From positions 6,779-70,778 of the forward strand of contig JBBTQX010000002.1 of the NCBI GenBank assembly GCA_038065455.1: a stretch of 64,000 nucleotides of DNA. The letters are read 5' to 3'. The notes beneath the pieces were generated by a model. The model saw nothing but the letters and a program-made list of their open reading frames with translations. It was not told where the DNA came from and made no database searches. The position numbers were made by a program, and so were the translations under genes. Positions 27,448 through 34,795 of this stretch are shown piece by piece. The first letter of the stretch is position 1, and the number at the start of each line of letters is the position of its first letter. The DNA is from Patescibacteria group bacterium (lineage in GTDB: Bacteria > Patescibacteriota > Minisyncoccia > UBA6257 > GWB1-50-10).

Positions 27448-28749
27448 TTAATTTGAAACTCTTTTGATGTCGGCTCCGAGGAAGCTCAAGCGCTCCACGA
27501 TCTTTTCGTACCCCCGGTCTATTTCATGCACGCCCAATATTTCCGATTCCCCTTCCGCAATCAAAGCCGCGAGCACATGGGCGATGCCCGCCCGCAAGTC
27601 CGGCACCGTGAGCGTCGCGCTATGAAGTTTCGTCGGCCCCTTCACGATTGCGCTATGCGGACAATTCTTTTCTTTGAAACGGCAAGGAACTTCGCTCAAA
27701 CATTCATTTACCACTCTAATGTCCGCGCCCATTAAATTCAAGTCTTCAATATAGCCGAAGCGAGCTTCATAGACGGTTTCGTGGATGATTGATTCGCCCT
27801 GCGCCTGCGTGAGCATAGTCAGAAACGGCTGTTGCCAGTCCGTCATAAAACCCGGATGGGTGTCGGTTTCCAACTTGATGCCGGTCAATGGCCGCGCCCG
27901 GAAGAAAAGAATGCCCTCACTCGTCACTTCATACTCTCCGCCGATTCGCCTTAAATTATTCAAAAATGTGATGAGGTCGCCCTGGTCGGCTCCCTTCACC
28001 AATATCTTCCCGTTCGTCGCGACCGCAAGGCACGCGAAAGAAACGGCCTCATTCCTGTCCGGCAATACCTTATGCCGCGCGCCATACAGTTTTGGAACGC
28101 CGTAAATCGTGACGGTGCGGTTTGTGCCAATCTCGATGATTGCCCCCATTTTCTGGAGCATCTTTATCAAGTCCGTGATTTCCGGCTCGACGGCAGAATT
28201 GATAATGGTTGTCTTCCCCTCGGCCAAAACCGAAGCGAATATTATCTGCTCCGTCGCACCGACGCTGGGATATTTTAAGGCAATAGTCGCTCCCTTGAGC
28301 CTTCCCGTGATTCTCGCCTTATATGAATCGGGGCTAGCTTCTATCTCTGCTCCAAGCGCCTTCAGGGATTCCAAATGCATATCCACGGGCCGCGGGCCGA
28401 TCTTATCTCCGCCCACGATCGGCACCTCCGCCTCCCCCGCCCGATTCAGAAGCGGCCCCAAAGCCAGAATCGATACTCGATTTTTTTGATTCAGGGAAAT
28501 CGCCTTGGTGTTTTTTATCTCCGGCGTCCTTATGACCAGATTGGAATCGATGGATTTTATTTCGCTTCCCAGCGCCACGCAAAGCTCTTTTACGATTTCC
28601 GCATCCCCGATTCGGGGGAAATTCTCGAACACGCACTCCTCATCGGTTAAAAGCGAGACGATGAGCATTTTCGTCGCCGCGTTCTTCGCCCCGGCCAGTT
28701 TTATTTCGCCCGTGAGCGGCCGCCCACCCCGGATTATGAATTTATCCAC
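27448..28749 (-). CDS. murA: UDP-N-acetylglucosamine 1-carboxyvinyltransferase (Asp115 variant)
   Basis: 433 aa. GGDKIGPRPVDMHL aligns with the E. coli active-site loop GGCAIGARPVDLHI. GTG start. Confidence 0.92.
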   Translation of the reverse strand: MDKFIIRGGRPLTGEIKLAGAKNAATKMLIVSLLTDEECVFENFPRIGDAEIVKELCVALGSEIKSIDSNLVIRTPEIKNTKAISLNQKNRVSILALGPLLNRAGEAEVPIVGGDKIGPRPVDMHLESLKALGAEIEASPDSYKARITGRLKGATIALKYPSVGATEQIIFASVLAEGKTTIINSAVEPEITDLIKMLQKMGAIIEIGTNRTVTIYGVPKLYGARHKVLPDRNEAVSFACLAVATNGKILVKGADQGDLITFLNNLRRIGGEYEVTSEGILFFRARPLTGIKLETDTHPGFMTDWQQPFLTMLTQAQGESIIHETVYEARFGYIEDLNLMGADIRVVNECLSEVPCRFKEKNCPHSAIVKGPTKLHSATLTVPDLRAGIAHVLAALIAEGESEILGVHEIDRGYEKIVERLSFLGADIKRVSN

Positions 28750-28758
28750 GCATCCATT

Positions 28759-28830
28759 ATACCCGGTATTACAATGTTTAGAAAAGTTGCTGGTTCATTT
28801 TTTTTTGATTAGGTTTGTAATACCGGGTAT
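28759..28830. repeat. perfect 16-bp inverted repeat in the murA / GIY-YIG divergent spacer
   Basis: atacccggtattacaa (28759-28774) and ttgtaataccgggtat (28815-28830), 40-nt T-rich loop. Confidence 0.7.
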
Positions 28831-28842
28831 ATTATTAAAGGT

Positions 28843-29130
28843 ATGTATCCCGTTAGAGACATTTCTATGTATTACAATTACGTTTTAAGAAGCAAAAAAG
28901 ATGGGAAATGGTATACTGGCTACACGAATGATCTACGGAAGCGCTTTAGCCAGCACAATAGCGATAAATTCCCTCAATGGACCAAAAATCGGGGTCCTTT
29001 TGAAATCATATACTATGAAGCCTGCAAAGATCTGCAAGATGCAAGGTCGAGGGAATATTATCTAAAAACAGGAATGGGTAAACGTTATATCAAAAATAGG
29101 CTAAAGCGCTTCCTGTCTCTAACGGGATGA
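28843..29130 (+). mobile_element. family-1 element, ORF-bearing copy A (GIY-YIG ORF bounded by 15-bp TIRs)
   Basis: ATCCCGTTAGAGACA (28847-28861) is the exact reverse complement of TGTCTCTAACGGGAT (29114-29128). The ORF spans TIR to TIR. Confidence 0.75.
28843..29130 (+). CDS. small GIY-YIG nuclease-domain protein (COG2827/UPF0213-like)
   Basis: YNYVLRS..GKWYTGYTNDLRKRFSQHN...E..YLK: GIY, YIG, Arg and Glu positions present. Alternative start at ATG 28867. Confidence 0.8.
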   Translation: MYPVRDISMYYNYVLRSKKDGKWYTGYTNDLRKRFSQHNSDKFPQWTKNRGPFEIIYYEACKDLQDARSREYYLKTGMGKRYIKNRLKRFLSLTG

Positions 29131-30371
29131 ACCTCAAAACCCGGCGAACTCTCTTTTACTTCTTCATTCTCATATTCGTCCTTGCGGGCGCTTATCTCCT
29201 CGCAACCGCCCAGGGGCTGGTCCTGGATTTCAAAAATCTGAAGATTACCGGCACTGGCGGGCTCTTTTTGAAGTACGTTCCGCCCGACGCGACTGTGGAA
29301 TTGAACGGCAAAAAAACCGATGTTTCGCCCGGCCTCGTTTCGAGCGGAATTTTCATCTCTAAATTAATTCCCGACGAATACCGGGTAAAGATTTCAAAAC
29401 CGGGCTTCTCTGCCTGGGAAAAGACACTCGCGGTTAAGAACGGCGCGGTGGCTTCGGCGAGCCAAATCAGGCTCTGGCCCGAAGTCTGGGATTTGAATGT
29501 CATTACGACGAGCTCCGTCCGGGATTTCCGGCTCACGGGTGCGGGTCTAGTACTCCAAGGAAAAAACGGAACTCTTCGGCTGGACGGATTTTCTTTGGGA
29601 AACAGGAGTGTCGCTTTGAGCGGGCCGGACTCGTCCCTCATCGTTACGACCGATGAAAAAGAAAATTTTGTAACCAATCTCGAAGATTTGTCACCCGCGC
29701 TCGATATCGTCCGGCTCTTTAATTCGCTGAAACAAAGCCAGTTGAATCTTCCCGGCACGATCATTCCTAAAAATTACTTCCTTCATCCCTTTAACGCCAA
29801 AATTCTCATCACGACCGGAAACGCGCTTTACTCGCTCGATATCAAAAGATTGAGACTTGAAAAACTGACCGATATGGCAGGAATTAAGAAGGCGGAATTA
29901 AGGGGAAACGAAATGTTTCTTTTCGATATGAAAGACAATATAACGACATTCAATCTTTTTCTCCAAACTGCCAGAATTTATGAATCGACCTCCACCGAAG
30001 CCATCGGAATAGGAGCGAGCCTGGCCGGCTTGCCGGCCCCCGACGGGAAAAAGATTTTTTTGCTTTCAAAAAACGACACGCTTTCTTTGAAAGTTTTGGA
30101 AAATTATTATGCCGACGGCGAAGTGAGAAAGGGCGATATGTGGCCCGTTTTTTCCGACCGGGGCAAAATAACGGATTTCAAATGGTTGAATGGCAATTCT
30201 AATTATGCGCTGGTACTTGCCGAAAAAAACTTGTTCATCGTTGAAACCGACCGGCGCACCCCGCAGAATATCCGACTCATATCCCAAGGAGTGGAAAAAT
30301 TCGCGACGGAGGGAAACGATCTCTATATCCTCAAAACCGACGGCACGCTTCTGAGGGCGAGTTTGAAGTAG
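29127..30371 (+). CDS. hypothetical membrane-anchored protein with a PEGA-like domain
   Basis: N-terminal TM. DATVELNGKKT...YRVKISKPGF resembles PEGA. The ATG overlaps the GIY-YIG TGA. Confidence 0.6.
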   Translation: MNLKTRRTLFYFFILIFVLAGAYLLATAQGLVLDFKNLKITGTGGLFLKYVPPDATVELNGKKTDVSPGLVSSGIFISKLIPDEYRVKISKPGFSAWEKTLAVKNGAVASASQIRLWPEVWDLNVITTSSVRDFRLTGAGLVLQGKNGTLRLDGFSLGNRSVALSGPDSSLIVTTDEKENFVTNLEDLSPALDIVRLFNSLKQSQLNLPGTIIPKNYFLHPFNAKILITTGNALYSLDIKRLRLEKLTDMAGIKKAELRGNEMFLFDMKDNITTFNLFLQTARIYESTSTEAIGIGASLAGLPAPDGKKIFLLSKNDTLSLKVLENYYADGEVRKGDMWPVFSDRGKITDFKWLNGNSNYALVLAEKNLFIVETDRRTPQNIRLISQGVEKFATEGNDLYILKTDGTLLRASLK

Positions 30372-30381
30372 AAGACGAATT

Positions 30382-30750
30382 TTAAAAAATATCAGAGACT
30401 CTAGTCAGTGCAAGCCGATTCATGACTTCATCGTCATAGTTATCCATATGGACACAGATGCAAAGTAAGACGATAACGGCGCCTTTTACTGCGAACCACA
30501 TTCGGGGATACTGATTGGGTCTTAAATTATCATTAGGAACAACGAGTTCTACTTTCCATAAGGTCCAGATATCATTCTGCGTTACCCTGTGTAATTTTGC
30601 CGGGGCTATTATTTGCTTCGGATTCTCCGGATTGAATTGAAATTCGCACAACCTCTTGAATGAATCTAAACCGTCTTTAAGATGACGAAATCGCCGCTCA
30701 AGGGCGGCGATTTCTTTTTCTATGCCGTCATGATACAGAAATTCAATCAT
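30382..30750 (-). CDS. RelE/ParE-superfamily-like toxin candidate
   Basis: 122 aa. LWKVELVV......YPRMWFAVKGAVIVLLCICVHMDNY matches the RelE-type beta core pattern. 4-nt overlap with the upstream antitoxin. Confidence 0.55.
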   Translation of the reverse strand: MIEFLYHDGIEKEIAALERRFRHLKDGLDSFKRLCEFQFNPENPKQIIAPAKLHRVTQNDIWTLWKVELVVPNDNLRPNQYPRMWFAVKGAVIVLLCICVHMDNYDDEVMNRLALTRVSDIF

Positions 30751-31238
30751 AGGTCGCTGAAATCCGTACCGCGATAGAACGCGAGTTCATATGAAATATC
30801 CTCTCCCGGCTTCGTCCCAACATATGGGGCCTCAGCATGGGAAAGTTCGCCAAGCTGTTTTCCATTCAATTGGCCGTATTTTATGGCAACGCGATCAAGC
30901 ATTCTTCTTTCTTCGATATCTAATATTAATTCATCCGGTTCCGCCAAAGAACTGTAAACCTCAATTGGATTATATCCATTTCCCAATTCGACGGCTTTGG
31001 CAAGAAGTATTTTTTTCTCGGACATTTCCGATATAATTTTCTCAAAAGAGACTGGTACTGGCCCCATAGGAAGGGCTTTATATGTATCCCCAGTTATAGG
31101 TTTCTGATTCTTTTCGAAGAAATCAAAATCAGCAAAATAAAGGAGTTTTGCTAGTTTTTTCTTCCCTTGGATTTCACCTCCTAATTTCTTACAGAGATAT
31201 AGTATAACTTGCTGATATTTCTTCTTTTGGAGGGTCAT
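30747..31238 (-). CDS. DUF4065 (Panacea/SocA-like) antitoxin-domain protein
   Basis: 163 aa. KKLAKLLYFADFDFF....PITGDTYKALPMGPVP is characteristic of DUF4065. Confidence 0.7.
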   Translation of the reverse strand: MTLQKKKYQQVILYLCKKLGGEIQGKKKLAKLLYFADFDFFEKNQKPITGDTYKALPMGPVPVSFEKIISEMSEKKILLAKAVELGNGYNPIEVYSSLAEPDELILDIEERRMLDRVAIKYGQLNGKQLGELSHAEAPYVGTKPGEDISYELAFYRGTDFSDL

Positions 31239-31251
31239 TTTACTTAACAGT

Positions 31252-31281
31252 ATTATACCACAATAAAACTCAAAACAACAA
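31252..31281 (-). promoter_or_regulatory. candidate promoter of the toxin-antitoxin pair
   Basis: Minus strand: TTGTTG, 18 nt, TGgTATAAT (extended -10), 13 nt, ATG. Confidence 0.45.
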
Positions 31282-31354
31282 GAAAATGGCTATCTGAATA
31301 GTAAAATGAAGACTTAACTTAAATGTTTCAATGCTCCTTCTCAATGCAACAGTG

Positions 31355-31380
31355 GAAAAAAAATCCCCGAAGGGATTTTT
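31355..31380 (-). terminator. rho-independent terminator after rpsI
   Basis: Minus strand: A-run, stem atccc/gggat with loop ttcg, then T8. Confidence 0.75.
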
Positions 31381-31833
31381 TTAACGCTTGCGCCACTGTT
31401 GCGGCCGTCTCGCTTTCCGCAGGCCGTATTTCTTGCGCTCCACCTTCCGGGGGTCGCGTTTCATAAAGCCGAGGGATTTCAATTTGGAACGCCAGGTGGG
31501 ATTCAAAGCGACGAGGGCGCGAGACAAGCCGAGCCGGATGGCTTCTGCCTGGGAACTCAAGCCACCTCCTCCAACCAATGCCGTCGCGTGGTATTCCTTG
31601 AGCGAAAGCTCGCCGAAGGGAGCGAGGACGGTCTTCTGCAATTTCGCGGTCGGAAAATATTCGGAAAAGGGCAAATCATTCACGATAATCTCCGGAGTCT
31701 TGCTCGCCGCTTTGCGGCCGGAAAAAAGCCGGACGCGGGCGACCGCGGTCTTCCGGCGGCCGATAGCCTCGATATATTTATCCTTTTCCTTTTCAATTTT
31801 CTTCGCCGGATGGGCGGTTGTTTTCGAAGGCAT
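31381..31833 (-). CDS. rpsI: 30S ribosomal protein S9
   Basis: GRRKTAVARV...GGG.SGQA.A...G..RAL...KKYGL.KARR..Q.SKR-type C-terminus. Start trimmed to ATG 31833. Confidence 0.92.
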   Translation of the reverse strand: MPSKTTAHPAKKIEKEKDKYIEAIGRRKTAVARVRLFSGRKAASKTPEIIVNDLPFSEYFPTAKLQKTVLAPFGELSLKEYHATALVGGGGLSSQAEAIRLGLSRALVALNPTWRSKLKSLGFMKRDPRKVERKKYGLRKARRPQQWRKR

Positions 31834-31834
31834 T

Positions 31835-32176
31835 TTATTTTTCGATAATGAGATTTTTAAGCCGTTTCGCATTCAGGCGGTTTTTGGGCAACATCAGGCG
31901 CACGGCGTGCCGGAGAACCCAGGCCGGATTCTTTTTGAAAACATCGGCGAATTTCCGCTCCTTGAGATGTCCCAGGGGGCCGGTGTGCTTATAATAAATC
32001 TTCTGATTGGTCTTCTTGCCGGAAACGGCGATTTGCGAAGCGTTCGTGACCAGTACCCGGTCGGTATTCATAAGCCGCGGATTATAATTCGGGCTCTTCT
32101 TACCTTGGAGCAAAAAAGCTATCTCCGAGGAGAGCCGGCCTAATTTTTTGTTTTTCGCGTCGATTTGATGGTCCAT
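31835..32176 (-). CDS. rplM: 50S ribosomal protein L13 (short, 113 aa)
   Basis: LGRLSSEIA..L.GK....Y.P..D.GD.V.V.NA core. Confidence 0.88.
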   Translation of the reverse strand: MDHQIDAKNKKLGRLSSEIAFLLQGKKSPNYNPRLMNTDRVLVTNASQIAVSGKKTNQKIYYKHTGPLGHLKERKFADVFKKNPAWVLRHAVRLMLPKNRLNAKRLKNLIIEK

Positions 32177-32177
32177 A

Positions 32178-32531
32178 TTATTTTACGAATTCGATGACGG
32201 CCATTTTGGAGCCGTCGTGCTTCCTCGGAGTAACCGTTTTTACCACCCGGGTGTATCCCCCTTTCCGCTCTTTATAGCGCGGGGCGATTTCGTGGTAAAC
32301 CTTGTAGGCTGCCGCTTTCGGCAATTTCTCCAAAAGCAGTTTCATTCCGGCCAGATTTTGCTGTTTGCCGTAGGTGATATAGCGCTCCACGATGCCCTTC
32401 AATTCCTTGGCGCGCGCCTCGGTCGTCGTAATCTTTTCGTGGCTCACAAGGTTATTGGCCAGAATCCTCAAAAAAGACCTGCGAGGGCCTTTTTTCAAAC
32501 CGAATTTTCTCCCCTTGTGCATGTGCCGCAT
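32178..32531 (-). CDS. rplQ: 50S ribosomal protein L17
   Basis: MRHMHKGRKFGLKKGPRRSFLRILANNL...TT..RAKE pattern. Confidence 0.92.
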   Translation of the reverse strand: MRHMHKGRKFGLKKGPRRSFLRILANNLVSHEKITTTEARAKELKGIVERYITYGKQQNLAGMKLLLEKLPKAAAYKVYHEIAPRYKERKGGYTRVVKTVTPRKHDGSKMAVIEFVK

Positions 32532-33278
32532 TTATTTTTCTTTCTTTTTCTTTTCGGGTTTGCCGGAAATCAATTCCGCCGGAACTACTTCGATGGCCAG
32601 AACTTTGTCGAAATGGTCTTTCAAAATATTGCTCGCCTTGTGGAGCGCCTCCGAAGGGCTAATGGAGCCGTCGGTCTCTATTTCCAATTTCAAGCGGTTA
32701 TAATCGGTGCGGTCGCCCACGCGCATATCTTCCGAGTGGAAGGATACCCGGACAACCGGGGAAAAGATGGCATCAAGCACGATCGTGCCGACCGAAAGCC
32801 TCTCCATCCGGCGGGATTCGCTCATCACGTAGCCCAAGCCCTTTTCGACGGTGATTTCCATATCCAAATCGGCGGACTTTTTCGAAAGAGTCGCGAGATG
32901 CAAATCCTTGTTGATTACCCGCACGAGCGTGGAAGATTCGATATCCTCCGCCTTCACTTCCTTCTCGCCTTTCACGTGAAGTTTTAAAGTCTGCGGCTCA
33001 TCGGCGGTAAAATGAAAGCGGACTTTCTTCAGGTTCAACGTGAACTCCACGATATCCTCCACCATGCCGGGCAAAGTCGAAAATTCATGGTCTATATTCT
33101 TAATCTTAATCTGAGTAATAGCCGAACCCGGAAGCGAGGAAAGGAGCGCGCGCCGAAAAGCATTCCCCAAAGTGACGCCATAACCGGTAAAAAGACCTTC
33201 AATGTAAAAAACACCGATATTGTCCTTTTCGGAAATTTTCTTGACCTCGACCGCTTCGCTGATATGTGTATATTTCAT
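32532..33278 (-). CDS. rpoA: DNA-directed RNA polymerase alpha subunit, N-terminal domain only
   Basis: 248 aa. Alpha-NTD blocks (GNAFRRALLSSLPG, DGSISP). Ends in a K-rich tail with no CTD; rplQ follows directly. Confidence 0.85.
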   Translation of the reverse strand: MKYTHISEAVEVKKISEKDNIGVFYIEGLFTGYGVTLGNAFRRALLSSLPGSAITQIKIKNIDHEFSTLPGMVEDIVEFTLNLKKVRFHFTADEPQTLKLHVKGEKEVKAEDIESSTLVRVINKDLHLATLSKKSADLDMEITVEKGLGYVMSESRRMERLSVGTIVLDAIFSPVVRVSFHSEDMRVGDRTDYNRLKLEIETDGSISPSEALHKASNILKDHFDKVLAIEVVPAELISGKPEKKKKEK

Positions 33279-33296
33279 TTTTTTGTTTTATAAAAT

Positions 33297-33896
33297 TTAA
33301 CGCGAATAGAATTGGCCGACCACGTTTATATCGAAAGGTAGTTGCACTCCGGTAACGGGCGGTTTTGCCACGCACTCGCCTTTCAATTCCTCCGCTTTGA
33401 GCTTAAGCCACTCAGGCGGGGTGTATTGCTTCAACCGGAGTTGAATATCATCGAAAATCTTCGCCGAGCGGGATTCGGGCCGCACAGCAATAATGTCTTT
33501 AACCCTAACATAATAGGAAGGAATTGTCACTTTTCGGCCATTCACGTGGATATGGCCGTGGGAGACGAGCTGGCGGGCGATTCTCGGAGACTTCGCGAAT
33601 CCCAAAAGAAAAACCACGTGGTCGAGGCGGCTTTCGAGCTTGGTCATAATGCCGTCTTTGTCGGAATTCCGGAACATTCTCATCATCTGATGATTATTCA
33701 GCCCGTAAAGAATTTGGATTTTCTGTTTTTCCTGGAGCTGCTTTCCGAATTCGGAAACGGAGTGGCGCGCCTGGCCGTGCTGGCCCGGGCGGTAAGGATG
33801 GCGTACCATCGCGCACTTCGGCGAATTACAGCGGTCTCCCTTGAGGAAGAGTTTGATGCCCAGCGATCTTTCTTTTTTCTCTTTGATTCTTTTCAT
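33297..33896 (-). CDS. rpsD: 30S ribosomal protein S4
   Basis: S4 N-terminal Cys cluster (CNSPKC) and S4 RNA-binding domain. Start trimmed to ATG 33896; the track extension reads into the repeat. Confidence 0.9.
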   Translation of the reverse strand: MKRIKEKKERSLGIKLFLKGDRCNSPKCAMVRHPYRPGQHGQARHSVSEFGKQLQEKQKIQILYGLNNHQMMRMFRNSDKDGIMTKLESRLDHVVFLLGFAKSPRIARQLVSHGHIHVNGRKVTIPSYYVRVKDIIAVRPESRSAKIFDDIQLRLKQYTPPEWLKLKAEELKGECVAKPPVTGVQLPFDINVVGQFYSR

Positions 33897-34024
33897 CCCG
33901 TTTAGAGACAGGATACGCTTAAGAAGCATATCCGTGAAGCATTAGCCGATTCGACTTTATTGGATTCTATTGATTGTTTGATAATCATGTTATTCATAAG
34001 TTTGATGTCTCTAACGGGATTCAT
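33894..34024 (-). mobile_element. family-1 element, ORF-less copy B
   Basis: Gene-strand reading: ATGAATCCCGTTAGAGACA ... TGTCTCTAAACGGG-ATG(rpsD). Confidence 0.75.
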
Positions 34025-34030
34025 ATTTTT

Positions 34031-34175
34031 ACCAGGCAGTGAAAATGCGATTGCAAATCGTGATTGAATCGACGATTCTCGCTATTTCCAATGACCTTTT
34101 ATTTATATTCATATGTTTTGATATTATGATGGTTTTCGATTTGAATTCAATCTAATCGCATTTCTACTGCCTGGT
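34031..34175. repeat. family-2 inverted-repeat element, 145-nt copy
   Basis: accaggcagtgaaaatgcgatt ... aatcgcatttctactgcctggt. The interior is alignable with the copy at 8865-9009. The right end overlaps the rpsK stop codon. Confidence 0.75.
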
Positions 34176-34624
34176 TAAACCCTTCTGGTCTTGGCCGGAC
34201 GCGGTCCGTTGTGCGGAATCGGCGTCACATCCTTGATGGACAGTATATTCAAGCCCTTGCCGGCGAAAGAACGGATGGCGGAATCGCGGCCGCTACCCAC
34301 GCCGCGCACGAAAATCTCCACGGTATTCGGGCCGGTCTTTTCCAATTTCTGGGCAATGGCTTCGGCGACTTTGGAAGACGCGAAAGGAGTCGCCTTCTTG
34401 GGTCCGGAAAATCCCAAAGAGCCAGCGGACATCCATGTAATCACGGCACCCTTATCGTCGGTTACGGTAATAATGGTGTTATTATAGGTGGCTTGAATAT
34501 AGATACGGCCGTTTTCCCAGTGCTGTTTGGATGTGGACGAAGATTGCTTAGCCGGCGCCTTTTCGGCCGTCCCCGCTTCCTTCACCGCTTCGTCTTTGGT
34601 TTTTATGACTTTTTTCTTTCCCAT
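34175..34624 (-). CDS. rpsK: 30S ribosomal protein S11
   Basis: 149 aa. Conserved S11 core with an N-terminal K/A-rich extension. Confidence 0.92.
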   Translation of the reverse strand: MGKKKVIKTKDEAVKEAGTAEKAPAKQSSSTSKQHWENGRIYIQATYNNTIITVTDDKGAVITWMSAGSLGFSGPKKATPFASSKVAEAIAQKLEKTGPNTVEIFVRGVGSGRDSAIRSFAGKGLNILSIKDVTPIPHNGPRPAKTRRV

Positions 34625-34686
34625 TTGCCGATTATATATGAATTTTCGAGTCTACAGACGATGAAAATTCATCCATAGAATCGAGC

Positions 34687-34785
34687 ACCCCGCCATCATC
34701 CCCGACTTGGAGCAGGATATTTTCTTTCATTATGATTTTCGTTATTTTATTGTTTTTCATATTTTTAGTGTAATGATGGCGGGGT
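34687..34785. repeat. family-3 inverted repeat in the rpsM-rpsK spacer
   Basis: accccgccatcat (34687-34699) and atgatggcggggt (34773-34785): perfect 13 bp, 73-nt AT-rich interior. Confidence 0.65.
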
Positions 34786-34795
34786 AAGTGTTCCC

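Noticed and set aside
29127-29130. Alternative genetic code (UGA read as a sense codon, as in some CPR lineages), raised by the ATGA junctions.
   Set aside because: TGA and TAA terminate well-conserved proteins at their expected C-termini (for example dnaK, grpE and the GIY-YIG ORF). This is consistent with the standard bacterial code.
33897-33929. The N-terminal extension MLLKRILSLNG on S4 in the ORF track.
   Set aside because: It is read-through of the family-1 repeat in the host-gene frame. S4 homology starts at MKRIKEK.
34634-34760. A 41-codon minus-strand ORF inside the rpsM-rpsK spacer.
   Set aside because: It has no Shine-Dalgarno or promoter-proximal context, it spans the family-3 repeat arm, and its composition looks non-coding.
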